Assembly: GCA_965203905.1 (NCBI GenBank)
Contig: CBDBDQ010000005.1
Span: forward strand, 1,472,001-1,536,000
Origin: Spirochaetia bacterium
GTDB lineage: Bacteria; Spirochaetota; Spirochaetia; SZUA-6; Bin103
DNA: 64,000 nucleotides
Direction: 5' to 3'
Below the pieces are notes generated by a model. It saw only the letters and a program-made list of their open reading frames with translations, ran no database searches and had not been told where the DNA came from. The translations under genes and the position numbers were made by a program. Each line of letters begins with the position of its first letter. The first letter of the stretch is position 1. Shown in pieces: positions 17,399 to 27,311 of the stretch.

Positions 17399-20299
17399 AT
17401 GAGCCTGATGGTCATCAAGCGGACCGGCGAGGTGGTCGACTTCGACCGCGAGCGCATCCGCGTAGCGATCGCCAAGGCGATCCGCGCCACCGCGCCACGT
17501 GACCAGTGGGACTCCCTGGAAAACGGCACCCTCAGCGGCGTGGTGGCCGCCGTGACCGACGAGATCGACTCTCGCTTCATCGAGCTCTACCCCAACGTCG
17601 AGAACATCCAGGACATCGTCGAGAAACACCTGGTCAAGAACGGCCTGTACGAGATCGCCAAGGCGTACATCCTGTATCGCGCCGAGCGCCAGCAGGCGCG
17701 CGAACAGCGCCGGGAGCGGGTGGCGCGCGAGTCCCTGCTCGGGCGCCTCACCGTGCAGACGCGCGACGGCCGCAAGGTGCTGTTCGACATCGCCAAGCTC
17801 ACCCGCAGCATCAGCCGCGCCGCCGCCGGCGAGAGCGGCGCCGGCGCTGCCAGCCTGGAGGCGGCGGTGGCCGTGGAGGAGGTGGCGCGCGAGACCATCC
17901 GCAACATCTACGACGGCATCTCCGCGACCGAGATAGAGAAGGCGCTGCTGCTGGCCTGCGCCTCGTTCATCGAGCGCGACCCCGCCTACAGCCAGCTCGC
18001 GGCGCGCCTGTTCCTGCAGCGCATCTACAAGGAGGTGATCGGCTCCCCGTTGCACCGCGAGCGGCTCGACGCCGACTACCGCCGGGCATTCCGCGACGGC
18101 CTGCAGCGCGGGGTGGACGCCGGAACCTTCGATCGCCGCCTGCTCGACTTCGACCTGGAGCGGCTGGCCGCCGCGTTGCGCCCGGAACGGGACGACCTGC
18201 TGCGGTACATGGGCGTGCAGACCCTGCACGAACGCTACTTCACCCGCGTGGAGGGTGCGGTGGTGGAGACCCCGCAGGCGTTCTGGATGCGCGCGGCCAT
18301 GGGGGTGGCGCTGGCCGAGGAGCAGCGCGACGAGCAGGCGATCCGTTTCTACGAGCTGATCTCCAGCCTGCGCTTCGTGCCTTCCACGCCCACCCTGTTC
18401 CACGCCGGCACCAGCCGCCCGCAGCTCAGCTCCTGCTACCTGACCACCATCGACGATGACCTCACCAGCATCTTCAAGGCGTTGAGCGACAACGCCCAGC
18501 TCTCCAAGTGGTCCGGCGGCCTGGGCAACGACTGGAGCAACATCCGCGCCACCGGCGCCACCATCCACAGCACCGGCGTGGAGAGCCAGGGGGTGGTGCC
18601 GTTTCTGAAGATCGCCAGCGACGTCACCCTGGCCATCAACCGCAGCGGCAAGCGCCGCGGCGCCACCTGCGCCTACCTGGAGACCTGGCATCTGGACCTC
18701 GAGGACTTCCTCGACCTGCGCCGCAACACCGGCGACGAGCGGCGCCGCACCCACGACATGAACACCGCCAACTGGATTCCGGACCTGTTCATGAAGCGGG
18801 TGCTGGCGGACCAGGAGTGGACGCTGTTCTCACCCGACGAGACGCCCGACCTGCACGCGCTCTACGGACGCCGCTTCGAGGAACGCTACTGCCACTACGA
18901 GGCGCTGGCCCGGGACGGCAAGCTGCAGCGGCACCGCGTGGTGCCGGCGCTCAAGCTGTGGCGCAAGATGCTCAGCATGCTGTTCGAGACCGGGCACCCC
19001 TGGATCACCTTCAAGGATCCGTGCAACATCCGCAGCCCGCAGGATCACGTCGGCGTGGTGCACAGCTCCAACCTGTGCACCGAGATCACCCTCAACACCT
19101 CGGCCGAGGAGACCGCGGTGTGCAACCTGGGCTCGGTCAACCTGGAGAAACACGTCGGCGCGGAAGGCATCGACCGCGAGCTCCTGGCGGACACCGTGAG
19201 CGTGGCGATGCGCATGCTGGACAACGTGGTGGACATCAACTTCTACCCGACGCCGGAAGCCAAGCGCTCCAACCTGCGCCACCGCCCGGTCGGGCTGGGG
19301 ATCATGGGATTGCAGGATGCGCTGTTCAAGCTCGACCTGGCGTTCGAGGACCCCGCCGCCCTCACCGCCGTCGACCGCGTCATGGAGCTGATCTCCTACC
19401 ACGCGATTCTGGCCTCGTCCCGGCTCGCCGCCGAGCGCGGGCCCTACAGCAGCTACGCCGGCTCCAAGTGGGAGCGTGGCCTGCTCCCCCACGACACCCT
19501 GCAACTCCTGGAGGAGGAGCGCGGCATGGCGCTGGAGGTGGAACACGGCGGGGAACTCGACTGGGAGCCGGTGCGCGCCCACATCGCCCGCCACGGCATG
19601 CGCAACTCCAACACCATGGCGGTCGCCCCCACGGCGACCATCTCCAACATCGCCGGCTGCTTTCCGAGCTTCGAGCCGCCCTACAAGAACATCTACGTGA
19701 AGAGCAACATCAGCGGCGAGTTCACCGTCATCAATCCCTACCTGGTGGCGGACCTGCGCCGGGCGGGCAGATGGAGCCGGGAGCTCGCCGACGAGTTGAA
19801 GTATCACGACGGCAGCCTGCAGCAGATGCGGCAGCTGCCCGAGCACCTGCGGCGCAAGTACAAGGTGGCGTTCGAGATCGACCCGATGTGGTACCTCCGG
19901 CTGGCAGCCGCGCGCGGCAAGTGGATCGACCAGAGCCAATCCCTCAACGTGTTCATGCAGGGCACCTCGGGCCGCCTGCTGAGCGACATCTACCAGTACG
20001 CGTGGAAGCTCGGCCTGAAGACCACCTACTACCTGCGCACCATGGCGGCATCACAGGTGGAGAAGGCCACCCTCGGTGCCGCCTACGGCTTCACCCAGCG
20101 CCGCGCCAGCGCCGCGGCCGCTTCCGCCGCCGGTGACGCCGCGGCTCCCGCCGCTACCGGTGTGCAGGAGGCGACTCTCGCCAACGGCAGTGCAGCCCCC
20201 CACCCGCGGGTCCCCGCCGCGGAGCCGGCCCTCGGGGCAGCCGCCGTGGCAACGCGCGCGGTGTGCACCGACGACGAGTCCTGCGAGGTGTGCCAGTAA
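17399..20299 (+). CDS. nrdA: Ribonucleoside-diphosphate reductase alpha subunit with two ATP-cones
   Basis: VIKRTG and VQTRDG cones, QLSSCY, SSNLCTEI, VCNLGS, APTATIS, GLKTTYY, C-terminal CEVCQ. Confidence 0.97.
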   Translation: MSLMVIKRTGEVVDFDRERIRVAIAKAIRATAPRDQWDSLENGTLSGVVAAVTDEIDSRFIELYPNVENIQDIVEKHLVKNGLYEIAKAYILYRAERQQAREQRRERVARESLLGRLTVQTRDGRKVLFDIAKLTRSISRAAAGESGAGAASLEAAVAVEEVARETIRNIYDGISATEIEKALLLACASFIERDPAYSQLAARLFLQRIYKEVIGSPLHRERLDADYRRAFRDGLQRGVDAGTFDRRLLDFDLERLAAALRPERDDLLRYMGVQTLHERYFTRVEGAVVETPQAFWMRAAMGVALAEEQRDEQAIRFYELISSLRFVPSTPTLFHAGTSRPQLSSCYLTTIDDDLTSIFKALSDNAQLSKWSGGLGNDWSNIRATGATIHSTGVESQGVVPFLKIASDVTLAINRSGKRRGATCAYLETWHLDLEDFLDLRRNTGDERRRTHDMNTANWIPDLFMKRVLADQEWTLFSPDETPDLHALYGRRFEERYCHYEALARDGKLQRHRVVPALKLWRKMLSMLFETGHPWITFKDPCNIRSPQDHVGVVHSSNLCTEITLNTSAEETAVCNLGSVNLEKHVGAEGIDRELLADTVSVAMRMLDNVVDINFYPTPEAKRSNLRHRPVGLGIMGLQDALFKLDLAFEDPAALTAVDRVMELISYHAILASSRLAAERGPYSSYAGSKWERGLLPHDTLQLLEEERGMALEVEHGGELDWEPVRAHIARHGMRNSNTMAVAPTATISNIAGCFPSFEPPYKNIYVKSNISGEFTVINPYLVADLRRAGRWSRELADELKYHDGSLQQMRQLPEHLRRKYKVAFEIDPMWYLRLAAARGKWIDQSQSLNVFMQGTSGRLLSDIYQYAWKLGLKTTYYLRTMAASQVEKATLGAAYGFTQRRASAAAASAAGDAAAPAATGVQEATLANGSAAPHPRVPAAEPALGAAAVATRAVCTDDESCEVCQ

Positions 20300-20301
20300 C
20301 C

Positions 20302-21297
20302 GTGGCCATCATCAGCGCCGCCGCCACCGATCCCAACAAGATCCTGCCGCTGACCTACCCGTGGGCGCGCCAGTACTACAAGGACGGCGTGGCCAACAAC
20401 TGGGTGCCGGAAGAGGTCTCGATGCAGAAGGACGTGGAGCAGTGGAAGTCGGCGCACGTGCTCAGCGAGACCGAGCGGCGCCTGATCCTGTGGAACCTCG
20501 GGTTCTTCTCCACCGCCGAGTCGCTGACCGCCAACAACATCGTGCTGGCGGTGTATCGCCACGTGACCAACCCCGAGTGCCGCCAGTACCTGCTGCGCCA
20601 GGCGTTCGAGGAGGCGATCCACACCGATACCTTCATCTACTGCTGCGACTCCCTCGGCCTCGATCCGGACGAGATCTACACCATGTATCACACCATCCCG
20701 AGCATCCGCGAGAAGGACGGCTTCGTGATCGACCTCACGCACTCGATCTTCGATCCCGGGTTCACCACCAGCGGCACCGCCAACGTGCAGCGCTTCCTGC
20801 GCGACCTGATCGGCTACTACGTGATCATGGAGGGCATCTTCTTCTACGCCGGGTTCGCCATGATGCTGGCACTCAAACGGCAGGGGAAGATGGTCGGCAT
20901 CGGCGAACAGTTCGAGTTCATCATGCGCGACGAGAGCGTGCACCTGGCGTTCGGCTGCGACCTGATCAACACCATCAGGCAGGAGTATCCGGCGGCCTGG
21001 ACCGATGAGCTGCAGGCGGAGACCATCCGCCTGGTGCGGCGCGGGGTCGACTTCGAGCAGGCCTACGCCAGCGACGCCTGCCCCGACGGCCTGCTGGGCA
21101 TCAACGCCGCGCAGTTCGCCAACTACGTGGAGTACATCGCCGACCGCAGGCTGGAGCGAATCGGCCTGCCGCGCCAGTACGACACGGACAACCCGTTCCC
21201 CTGGATGGGACAGACCATGGACCTGAACAAGGAAAAGAACTTCTTCGAGACCAGAGTCACCGAGTACCAGACCGCCGGCTCCCTGGACTGGGATTGA
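20302..21297 (+). CDS. nrdB: Ribonucleotide reductase beta subunit, class Ic-type residues
   Basis: FFSTAESL, EEAIHTDTF, MEGIFFYAGF, RDESVH, EKNFFETRVTEY. Confidence 0.95.
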   Translation: MAIISAAATDPNKILPLTYPWARQYYKDGVANNWVPEEVSMQKDVEQWKSAHVLSETERRLILWNLGFFSTAESLTANNIVLAVYRHVTNPECRQYLLRQAFEEAIHTDTFIYCCDSLGLDPDEIYTMYHTIPSIREKDGFVIDLTHSIFDPGFTTSGTANVQRFLRDLIGYYVIMEGIFFYAGFAMMLALKRQGKMVGIGEQFEFIMRDESVHLAFGCDLINTIRQEYPAAWTDELQAETIRLVRRGVDFEQAYASDACPDGLLGINAAQFANYVEYIADRRLERIGLPRQYDTDNPFPWMGQTMDLNKEKNFFETRVTEYQTAGSLDWD

Positions 21298-21299
21298 GC

Positions 21300-22262
21300 A
21301 TGCGCGCGATCCAGGTTACCAGCCACGGCGGTCCCGAGGTGCTCGGCACGACCGACCTACCCTTGCCCGAGCCGGGCTCAGGCGATGTCCGGATCAGACT
21401 CCAGGCTGCCGGCGTCAACTTCATCGACATCTACCAGCGCTCCGGCCTGTACCCCATCGAGCCGCCGTTCACTCCCGGCATGGAGGGTGCCGGCGTGGTG
21501 GACGCGGTTGGTGGCGATGTCACCGAGGTCGCCGCCGGGGCGCGGGTGGCGTACGCCATGACCGTCGGCTCCTACGCCGAGTACGCCATCGTGCCCGCCG
21601 CCGCGGTGGTGGAACTGCCGGACACCGTCTCCACCCGACTCGGGGCGGCGGTGTTCCTGCAGGGGCTCACCGCGCACTACCTGGCGGTGAGCACGGTGCC
21701 GCTGCAGCCCGGCAGCACGGCGCTGGTGCACGCCGCCGCCGGCGGCGTCGGGCGGCTGCTGGTGCAGGTCGCCAAGCGCCGCGGGGCCACCGTGCTGGCG
21801 ACCGTGTCCAGCGCCGAAAAAGCCGCCATGGTGCGCGCGCTCGGCGCCGACCAGGTGCTGGACTACGCCGACTTTGCCGCCGCGGCACGGCGCGCAACCG
21901 GCGGTGCCGGCGTCGACGTGGTCTACGATTCGGTCGGCAGCGCCACCTTCGACGGCTCGCTGGAGGCGCTGCGCCGGCGTGGCCACCTGGTGAGCTACGG
22001 CCAGTCCAGCGGTCCGGTCACCGACTTCCAGCCGGCCAGGCTGTCGCAGGCCGGTTCGCTCTACCTGACCAGACCGACGCTGGCCGACTACATCGCCGAC
22101 CGCGACGAGCTGTTGGCGCGCAGCCGCGAACTGTTCGCGTGGATGGCGGCCGGCGAGCTGGACGTGCTGGTTCACCGCGAGTACCCGCTGGCCGAGGCGG
22201 CCGCCGCGCATCGGGCGCTGGCCAGCCGGGCCACCACCGGCAAGCTGCTGCTCATACCGTAA
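21300..22262 (+). CDS. qor: NADPH:quinone oxidoreductase (zeta-crystallin/Qor family)
   Basis: GVNFIDIYQRSGLY, HAAAGGVG, GSLYLTRPTL, TTGKLLL. Confidence 0.92.
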   Translation: MRAIQVTSHGGPEVLGTTDLPLPEPGSGDVRIRLQAAGVNFIDIYQRSGLYPIEPPFTPGMEGAGVVDAVGGDVTEVAAGARVAYAMTVGSYAEYAIVPAAAVVELPDTVSTRLGAAVFLQGLTAHYLAVSTVPLQPGSTALVHAAAGGVGRLLVQVAKRRGATVLATVSSAEKAAMVRALGADQVLDYADFAAAARRATGGAGVDVVYDSVGSATFDGSLEALRRRGHLVSYGQSSGPVTDFQPARLSQAGSLYLTRPTLADYIADRDELLARSRELFAWMAAGELDVLVHREYPLAEAAAAHRALASRATTGKLLLIP

Positions 22263-22402
22263 CCCCGCAGCGGGCCGGGAACGCCGGCGCCTGGAGCCGG
22301 CCGTAGCAACTGGCTGTTTGAAGATTCACCACGGCCACTCCGTGACCCGGAAGACCATGAACTGCGTATGGGGCAGTGCACGGTGGCCGCTGATTTCGTT
22401 AG

Positions 22403-22487
22403 TGCTGCGGAAAGGACTTGAACCTTCACGGGCAAAACGCCCACTAGCCCCTCAAGCTAGCGTGTCTACCAATTCCACCACCGCAGC
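22403..22487 (-). tRNA. tRNA-Leu(GAG)
   Basis: GCTGCGG acceptor, TGGTAGAC D-loop, CTAGC-TTGAGGG-GCTAG anticodon arm, long variable arm, GGTTCAAGTCC. Confidence 0.96.
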
Positions 22488-22576
22488 GGGACCCTCACGG
22501 TGGCCCATTGCCGCCGTTCCTGTCAATGGTCCGCTTGCAGCACGGCGGCGCATCCGGTACGTTTCCGTCTTTCCCC

Positions 22577-23530
22577 ATGGATCACACCGCGCATCTACTC
22601 GGACGCTCACTGCTCACGCTGAGCGACTTTTCCGCATCCGACATCCGCCTGCTGCTGGACCTCGCCCGCCAGGCCAAGGCCGACCGCCGCGCCGGCCGCG
22701 TTCAGCAACGGTTCCGCGGCCGCTCGCTGGCGCTGCTGTACGAGAAGCCCTCGACCCGTACCCGCTGCGCGTTCGACACCGCGTTCGGCGAAGAGGGCGG
22801 CCACCCGGTGTTTCTCACCGGCCAGGAGATCCACCTCGGCGAGAAGGAGTCCCTGGAGGACACGGCCCGGGTTCTGGGCAGGATGTTCGACGCCATCCAG
22901 TTCCGCGGCTTTCAGCAACAGACGGTGGAGGTGCTCGCCAGCTATTCCGGCGTGCCGGTCTACAACGGTCTCACCGACACCCGCCATCCGACCCAGGTGC
23001 TCGCCGATCTGCTCACCCTGGAGGAACACCACGGAACGCTCGCCGGCTTGAAGCTGGCGTACGTCGGCGACTGTCGCAACAACATCGCGAGCTCGCTGAT
23101 GATCGGCTGTGCCCTGATGGGCCTGCAGTTCGTGGCCGTCGGGCCGCACGAGCTGGCGCCCGCCGCCGACCTGATGCAGCAGTGCCGGGACTACGCCGCG
23201 GGCAGCGGCGGCAGCGTCGTTAGCGGGGCCGATCCCGAGCTGGTAGCCGGGGCCGACGCGCTCTACACCGACGTCTGGGTGTCGATGGGCGAAGAGGCGA
23301 AGGCAGCGGAGCGGCTGCGCCTGCTGCGCCCCTACCAGGTCGACCGCGCCCTGCTGGCGCGCACCGGAAACGACGCCTGCCGGTTCATGCACGACCTGCC
23401 GGCGGTCAAGGGCAACGAGGTGACCGAGGAGGTGTTCGAAGGTCCTGCCTCGGTGGTATGGGACCAGGCCGAGAACCGCAAGCACACGGCCAAGGCGGTG
23501 CTGCTGGCCACCCTGGCGCTGGCCGCATGA
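22577..23530 (+). CDS. argF: Ornithine carbamoyltransferase
   Basis: KPSTRTR, HPTQVLAD, TDVWVSMG, QAENRKH. Confidence 0.94.
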   Translation: MDHTAHLLGRSLLTLSDFSASDIRLLLDLARQAKADRRAGRVQQRFRGRSLALLYEKPSTRTRCAFDTAFGEEGGHPVFLTGQEIHLGEKESLEDTARVLGRMFDAIQFRGFQQQTVEVLASYSGVPVYNGLTDTRHPTQVLADLLTLEEHHGTLAGLKLAYVGDCRNNIASSLMIGCALMGLQFVAVGPHELAPAADLMQQCRDYAAGSGGSVVSGADPELVAGADALYTDVWVSMGEEAKAAERLRLLRPYQVDRALLARTGNDACRFMHDLPAVKGNEVTEEVFEGPASVVWDQAENRKHTAKAVLLATLALAA

Positions 23531-24696
23531 GCGGCTGTCTGGACCGCGTGCCGCCGGCGCTCCGAGCCGCCGGGCTGGAGGGGTGGCTGTTCTACAACAT
23601 CTACCATCGCGACCACGTGGCCGATGCCATCCTCGGCGTCGCGCCGGAGACCATGAACACCCGTCCCTGGGCCTGCCTGGTGCGTGCCGACGGCACGGTG
23701 CAGCGCATCGTTCATGCGATCGAGGCACAGGTGCTCGACCAGGTGCCGGGGCCGGTGGCGCGCTACGCATCGCGTGACGAGTTCCTGCAACGGCTGCGCG
23801 CCGCCTGCCGCAGCCGCCGGCCGCTGGCCCTGAACTATTCCGCAACCATCCCCGCCCTGTCGCTGGTGGATCACGGCCTGGCCTCGCTGCTGCAGCAGCT
23901 CGCCATTCCCACGGTGTCGGCGGAGATCCTGATTCAGCGCGTGCTCGGCGTGTTGGACCGTGCGGCGCGCGCCAGTCACGACCGTGCCGCCACGGCGCTG
24001 CGGGCGATCGTGGCAGCGACCTGGCAGCGGCTGGCGCAGCACCTGCGCAGCGCCACCCCGGTGAGCGAAGGGATGGTCCGCGACTGGATCGGCGACGGCT
24101 TCCGGGAGCATGGCCTGGTGACCGAGGAGCCGCCGCTGGTGGCAGCCGGCGCCAACAGCAGCGATCCTCATTACCAGCCGGCCGGCGCCGGCGCCCCGAT
24201 CGCGCCGCGGCAACTGGTGCAGTTCGACCTGTGGGCCAAGGAACCCGCTCCCGGCGCGGTCTACGCCGATATCTCATGGGTGGCCTACACCGGTAGCGCG
24301 CTGCCGGCGGAGATCGCGGCCACCTTCGGCGCCGTGTGCGCCGCCCGCGACGGCGCCGTGGCGCTGATTCGCGAGCGCCTGCGCCGGGCGGCCCCGGTCA
24401 GCGGTGCCGAGGTGGACCGCCACGCCCGCACCATCCTGCAGCAGCAGGGATTGCTCGCCCACGTCCGGCACCGCACCGGCCATGCCATCGATACGCGGCT
24501 GCACGGCATCGGCGTCAATCTCGACGCGGTCGAGTTCCCCGATCCGCGCCCGCTCCTGGACGGCTCCTGCTTCTCCATCGAGCCCGGGGTGTACCGCCGG
24601 GAGTACGGCATGCGCAGCGAGATCAATGCCTACGTCCAGGACGCCGAGCTGGTGATCTCCGGGGGCGCCCCGCAACGGGCACTGCTGCTCCCATGA
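23527..24696 (+). CDS. M24 family metallopeptidase (Xaa-Pro-like)
   Basis: DPHY, DLWAK, YADISW, HRTGHAI, FSIEPGVY, GMRSEI. Confidence 0.9.
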   Translation: MSGCLDRVPPALRAAGLEGWLFYNIYHRDHVADAILGVAPETMNTRPWACLVRADGTVQRIVHAIEAQVLDQVPGPVARYASRDEFLQRLRAACRSRRPLALNYSATIPALSLVDHGLASLLQQLAIPTVSAEILIQRVLGVLDRAARASHDRAATALRAIVAATWQRLAQHLRSATPVSEGMVRDWIGDGFREHGLVTEEPPLVAAGANSSDPHYQPAGAGAPIAPRQLVQFDLWAKEPAPGAVYADISWVAYTGSALPAEIAATFGAVCAARDGAVALIRERLRRAAPVSGAEVDRHARTILQQQGLLAHVRHRTGHAIDTRLHGIGVNLDAVEFPDPRPLLDGSCFSIEPGVYRREYGMRSEINAYVQDAELVISGGAPQRALLLP

Positions 24697-25700
24697 CGGC
24701 GGCGACACCCGCGGCCGTGCTGGCGGCGCTGCAGGCGGCCGACGCGCTGGTGCTGGTGGGGCACGAGGAACCGGACGGGGACTGCATCGCCTCCCAGCTG
24801 GTGCTGGGCGAGTTCCTCGCCGGCAGCGGGAAACGGGTGGGGCTGTACTCGGCGGGGCCGTTCAAGCGCCACGAGATTCGCGCCTATGAGCCGCGCTTTC
24901 GCCGCGTCATAGAGGCGGAGATGCTGCTCAGGAAGCCGGTCGCGGTGTTGCTCGACTGCGCCGATCCCGAGCGCACCGGCAGCCTGGCGCCGCAGCTCGC
25001 CGGCCTGCCCTCGGTGGTGATCGATCATCACGTCGCGGCGCCGCCCGAGTCCGGCGCCGTGCCCTACGGCGACATCCGGTTGGTGGATCCCGCCGCGCCC
25101 GCCACCGCCTACCTGGTGCAGCTGATCGTGGAGGCCGCGGGCGCCGAGCTGAGCCGCGCCCAGGTCGAGTTGCTGTTGTTCGGCCTGTGCACCGACACCG
25201 GCTTCTTTCGCCATGTCGCGGCGGGCCACACGGCGGCGTTCCAGGCCGCGGCCCGGCTGGTTGCCCGTGGTGCCAATCCGCGCGCCACCTACCAGAGCAT
25301 CTACGGCGGACGCAGCTTCGCCCAGCGGCGGCTGCTCGGCGTCCTGTTGCAGCGCACCGAGCAGCATGCCGGCGGACGGGTGCTGTTCACCTGGCAGTCG
25401 CGGCGCGACCTGCAGGAGTTCGGCGCACCCCCGGCCAGCCACGACGAGCTCTACGACCTGCTGCGTACCGTCGCCGACAGTGACGTGGTCGCGTTCGTGC
25501 GCGAGAAGCCCGACGGCGGCTGCTCGGTCAGCCTGCGCTCCGGCCCGCTGCTCGACGTCGCCAGCGTGGCGCGGGAATTCGGCGGCGGCGGACACCGGCA
25601 GGCGGCCGGCTTCACCTGGCACAGCACCGTCGCCGCGCTGCGCAGCGCGCTGCTGCCGCGCCTGACCGCCGCCACCGCCGCCTCCGCATCGCTAGTGTAA
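24693..25700 (+). CDS. DHH family phosphoesterase (NrnA-like)
   Basis: GHEEPDGDC, IDHH, TDTGFFRH, SLRS, FGGGGH..AAG. Confidence 0.92.
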   Translation: MTAATPAAVLAALQAADALVLVGHEEPDGDCIASQLVLGEFLAGSGKRVGLYSAGPFKRHEIRAYEPRFRRVIEAEMLLRKPVAVLLDCADPERTGSLAPQLAGLPSVVIDHHVAAPPESGAVPYGDIRLVDPAAPATAYLVQLIVEAAGAELSRAQVELLLFGLCTDTGFFRHVAAGHTAAFQAAARLVARGANPRATYQSIYGGRSFAQRRLLGVLLQRTEQHAGGRVLFTWQSRRDLQEFGAPPASHDELYDLLRTVADSDVVAFVREKPDGGCSVSLRSGPLLDVASVAREFGGGGHRQAAGFTWHSTVAALRSALLPRLTAATAASASLV

Positions 25701-25747
25701 ACAATTGTAAAGCCGGGCCGCTCAGCCGGTCCCGAGGCCACCCGGTG

Positions 25748-25764
25748 TTGGCACGCCGCTTGCT
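25748..25764 (+). promoter_or_regulatory. Sigma-54 (RpoN) -24/-12 promoter
   Basis: TTGGCACG-CCGC-TTGCT, exact consensus and spacing, intergenic, followed by GGAGG RBS and ATG at 25791. Confidence 0.85.
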
Positions 25765-25790
25765 TACCAGGAGGTGGAGGTACCTGGTAC

Positions 25791-26756
25791 ATGCGGAACC
25801 ATCATCCCGGGTGGAGTGAGCGCGTGCTCACCTGCCAACGCACCGGAGAGGGCCGCCGCGCCCTGCTGGACGAATTGGCCACCTACACCTATCGCTACCC
25901 GCGGCGCAAGCTGCCGACCCTCGACGAGGACGCCCCCGGCGAGTTCTACCTGTTCTGTCACGACAAGCTGGAGCAGCTCATCGTGCGCTTCCGCGACCGC
26001 GGCAAGCCGTTCGAGCACTACCTGAACTCGGTCCTGAGCTGGCAGCTGCGCAGCTTCCTCGCCAAGCGCCGCGATTCCGAGCACGCGTGGCAGACCGCGC
26101 TGCGCAGCCGGCTCTGGGACGAGCCGGAGGCGGCGCAACCGCCACCCGCGGCGGCACCCGCGCGGCGCCCGCAGCGGCGCGGGCAGAGCAACGTCCGACC
26201 GTTCCCCGGCGCGGCCGCGGCACCGCTTCGCGGTGGCCACCACCCCCGGGGCCAGGCGCCACCCGCGGCCGTCTCGGAAACGGCGCGGCGCCGGCTCCTG
26301 TACGGCGTGCTGAAGACCGGCCACCACCTGGAGGAACGCCAACTCGCGGCCGCGGCCCAGACTCTCGGCTGCGAGCTGCCGCGCCTTCGGTTCCTGATCG
26401 AGCAGCTGCGGCGCGGCCGGGCCGCAGCCCACCGGCGCCTGCACCTGCTGCGGGAACGCCGCAACCGCGCCTTCGCCCAGCTCCAGCTCTGGTCGGCCGC
26501 CGCCCACCAGGCGGTAGACGGCGGCCACCACCGGGCCCACGCCCTCAAGCGCGCCGCACGCCATCGCCGCGCCGTCGAAACCGCTCAGGCGGAGATCTCG
26601 CGGGTGCGCGTGGCTCCCAGCAACCGGGAGATCGCAGCGCTGCTGGGAATCCCCAAGGGCACGGTCGACACCGGGCTGTACTGGTTGCGCCGGCAGTCTG
26701 CCGCGGACTACGCTCGGGCGGATGGAATTGGCGCTGGCGAGCAACAATCCGCATAA
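25791..26756 (+). CDS. Atypical sigma-70-like factor (region 2-like N-terminus, region 4 HTH C-terminus)
   Basis: DEDAPGEFYLF..KLEQLIVRF..RGKPFEHYL (sigma2-like); SNREIAALLGIPKGTVDTGLY (sigma4 HTH). Confidence 0.7.
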   Translation: MRNHHPGWSERVLTCQRTGEGRRALLDELATYTYRYPRRKLPTLDEDAPGEFYLFCHDKLEQLIVRFRDRGKPFEHYLNSVLSWQLRSFLAKRRDSEHAWQTALRSRLWDEPEAAQPPPAAAPARRPQRRGQSNVRPFPGAAAAPLRGGHHPRGQAPPAAVSETARRRLLYGVLKTGHHLEERQLAAAAQTLGCELPRLRFLIEQLRRGRAAAHRRLHLLRERRNRAFAQLQLWSAAAHQAVDGGHHRAHALKRAARHRRAVETAQAEISRVRVAPSNREIAALLGIPKGTVDTGLYWLRRQSAADYARADGIGAGEQQSA

Positions 26757-27303
26757 GGTCGCCGAGGTACGGCGTATCCTGCACGGCATCACGGTACGCA
26801 CGCCGGCGGAGCTCGGCGTGCAGTTCTCGTTCGACGAAACCGGCTCCAGCTACGACGAGAACGCGCTCGGCAAGGCGCGCCACCTGTACCGCCTGCTTGG
26901 CGTGCCGACCCTGGCCGACGACTCCGGCCTGGCCGTGGCGGCGCTCGGCGGCGCGCCGGGGGTCCGCTCGGCGCGCTTCGCGCCTGCGGGCACGCAGCTG
27001 GACGATGCCGGCCGCTGCGCCTACCTGCTGTCGCTCATGGGCAGCGGCGGCGATCGCTCGGCGGCGTTCATCTGCTGCCTGGCGCTGATTCTGGACCCGC
27101 ACCGGCTGCTGCTGGTGCAGGAGGCGGTAACCGGTGAAATCACCGACCAGGTCCGGGGCACCCGGGGCTTCGGCTACGATCCGCTATTCCTGCTGCCCCA
27201 CCTCGGGCGTACCATGGCGGAGCTCAGTGGGGAGGAGAAGGACCGCGTCTCCCATCGCGGGCGCGCGCTGCGCCGCGCCCGGCGGCTGTTCGAAGCGCCC
27301 TGA
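26722..27303 (+). CDS. rdgB: Non-canonical purine NTP pyrophosphatase (RdgB/HAM1)
   Basis: ASNNPHK, ADDSGL, PGVRSARF, GFGYDPLF, SHRGRAL. Confidence 0.95.
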   Translation: MELALASNNPHKVAEVRRILHGITVRTPAELGVQFSFDETGSSYDENALGKARHLYRLLGVPTLADDSGLAVAALGGAPGVRSARFAPAGTQLDDAGRCAYLLSLMGSGGDRSAAFICCLALILDPHRLLLVQEAVTGEITDQVRGTRGFGYDPLFLLPHLGRTMAELSGEEKDRVSHRGRALRRARRLFEAP

Positions 27304-27311
27304 CCGGGCGC

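Noticed and set aside
22262-22500. Integrated element at tRNA-Leu
   Set aside because: No integrase and no duplicated tRNA 3' end seen nearby
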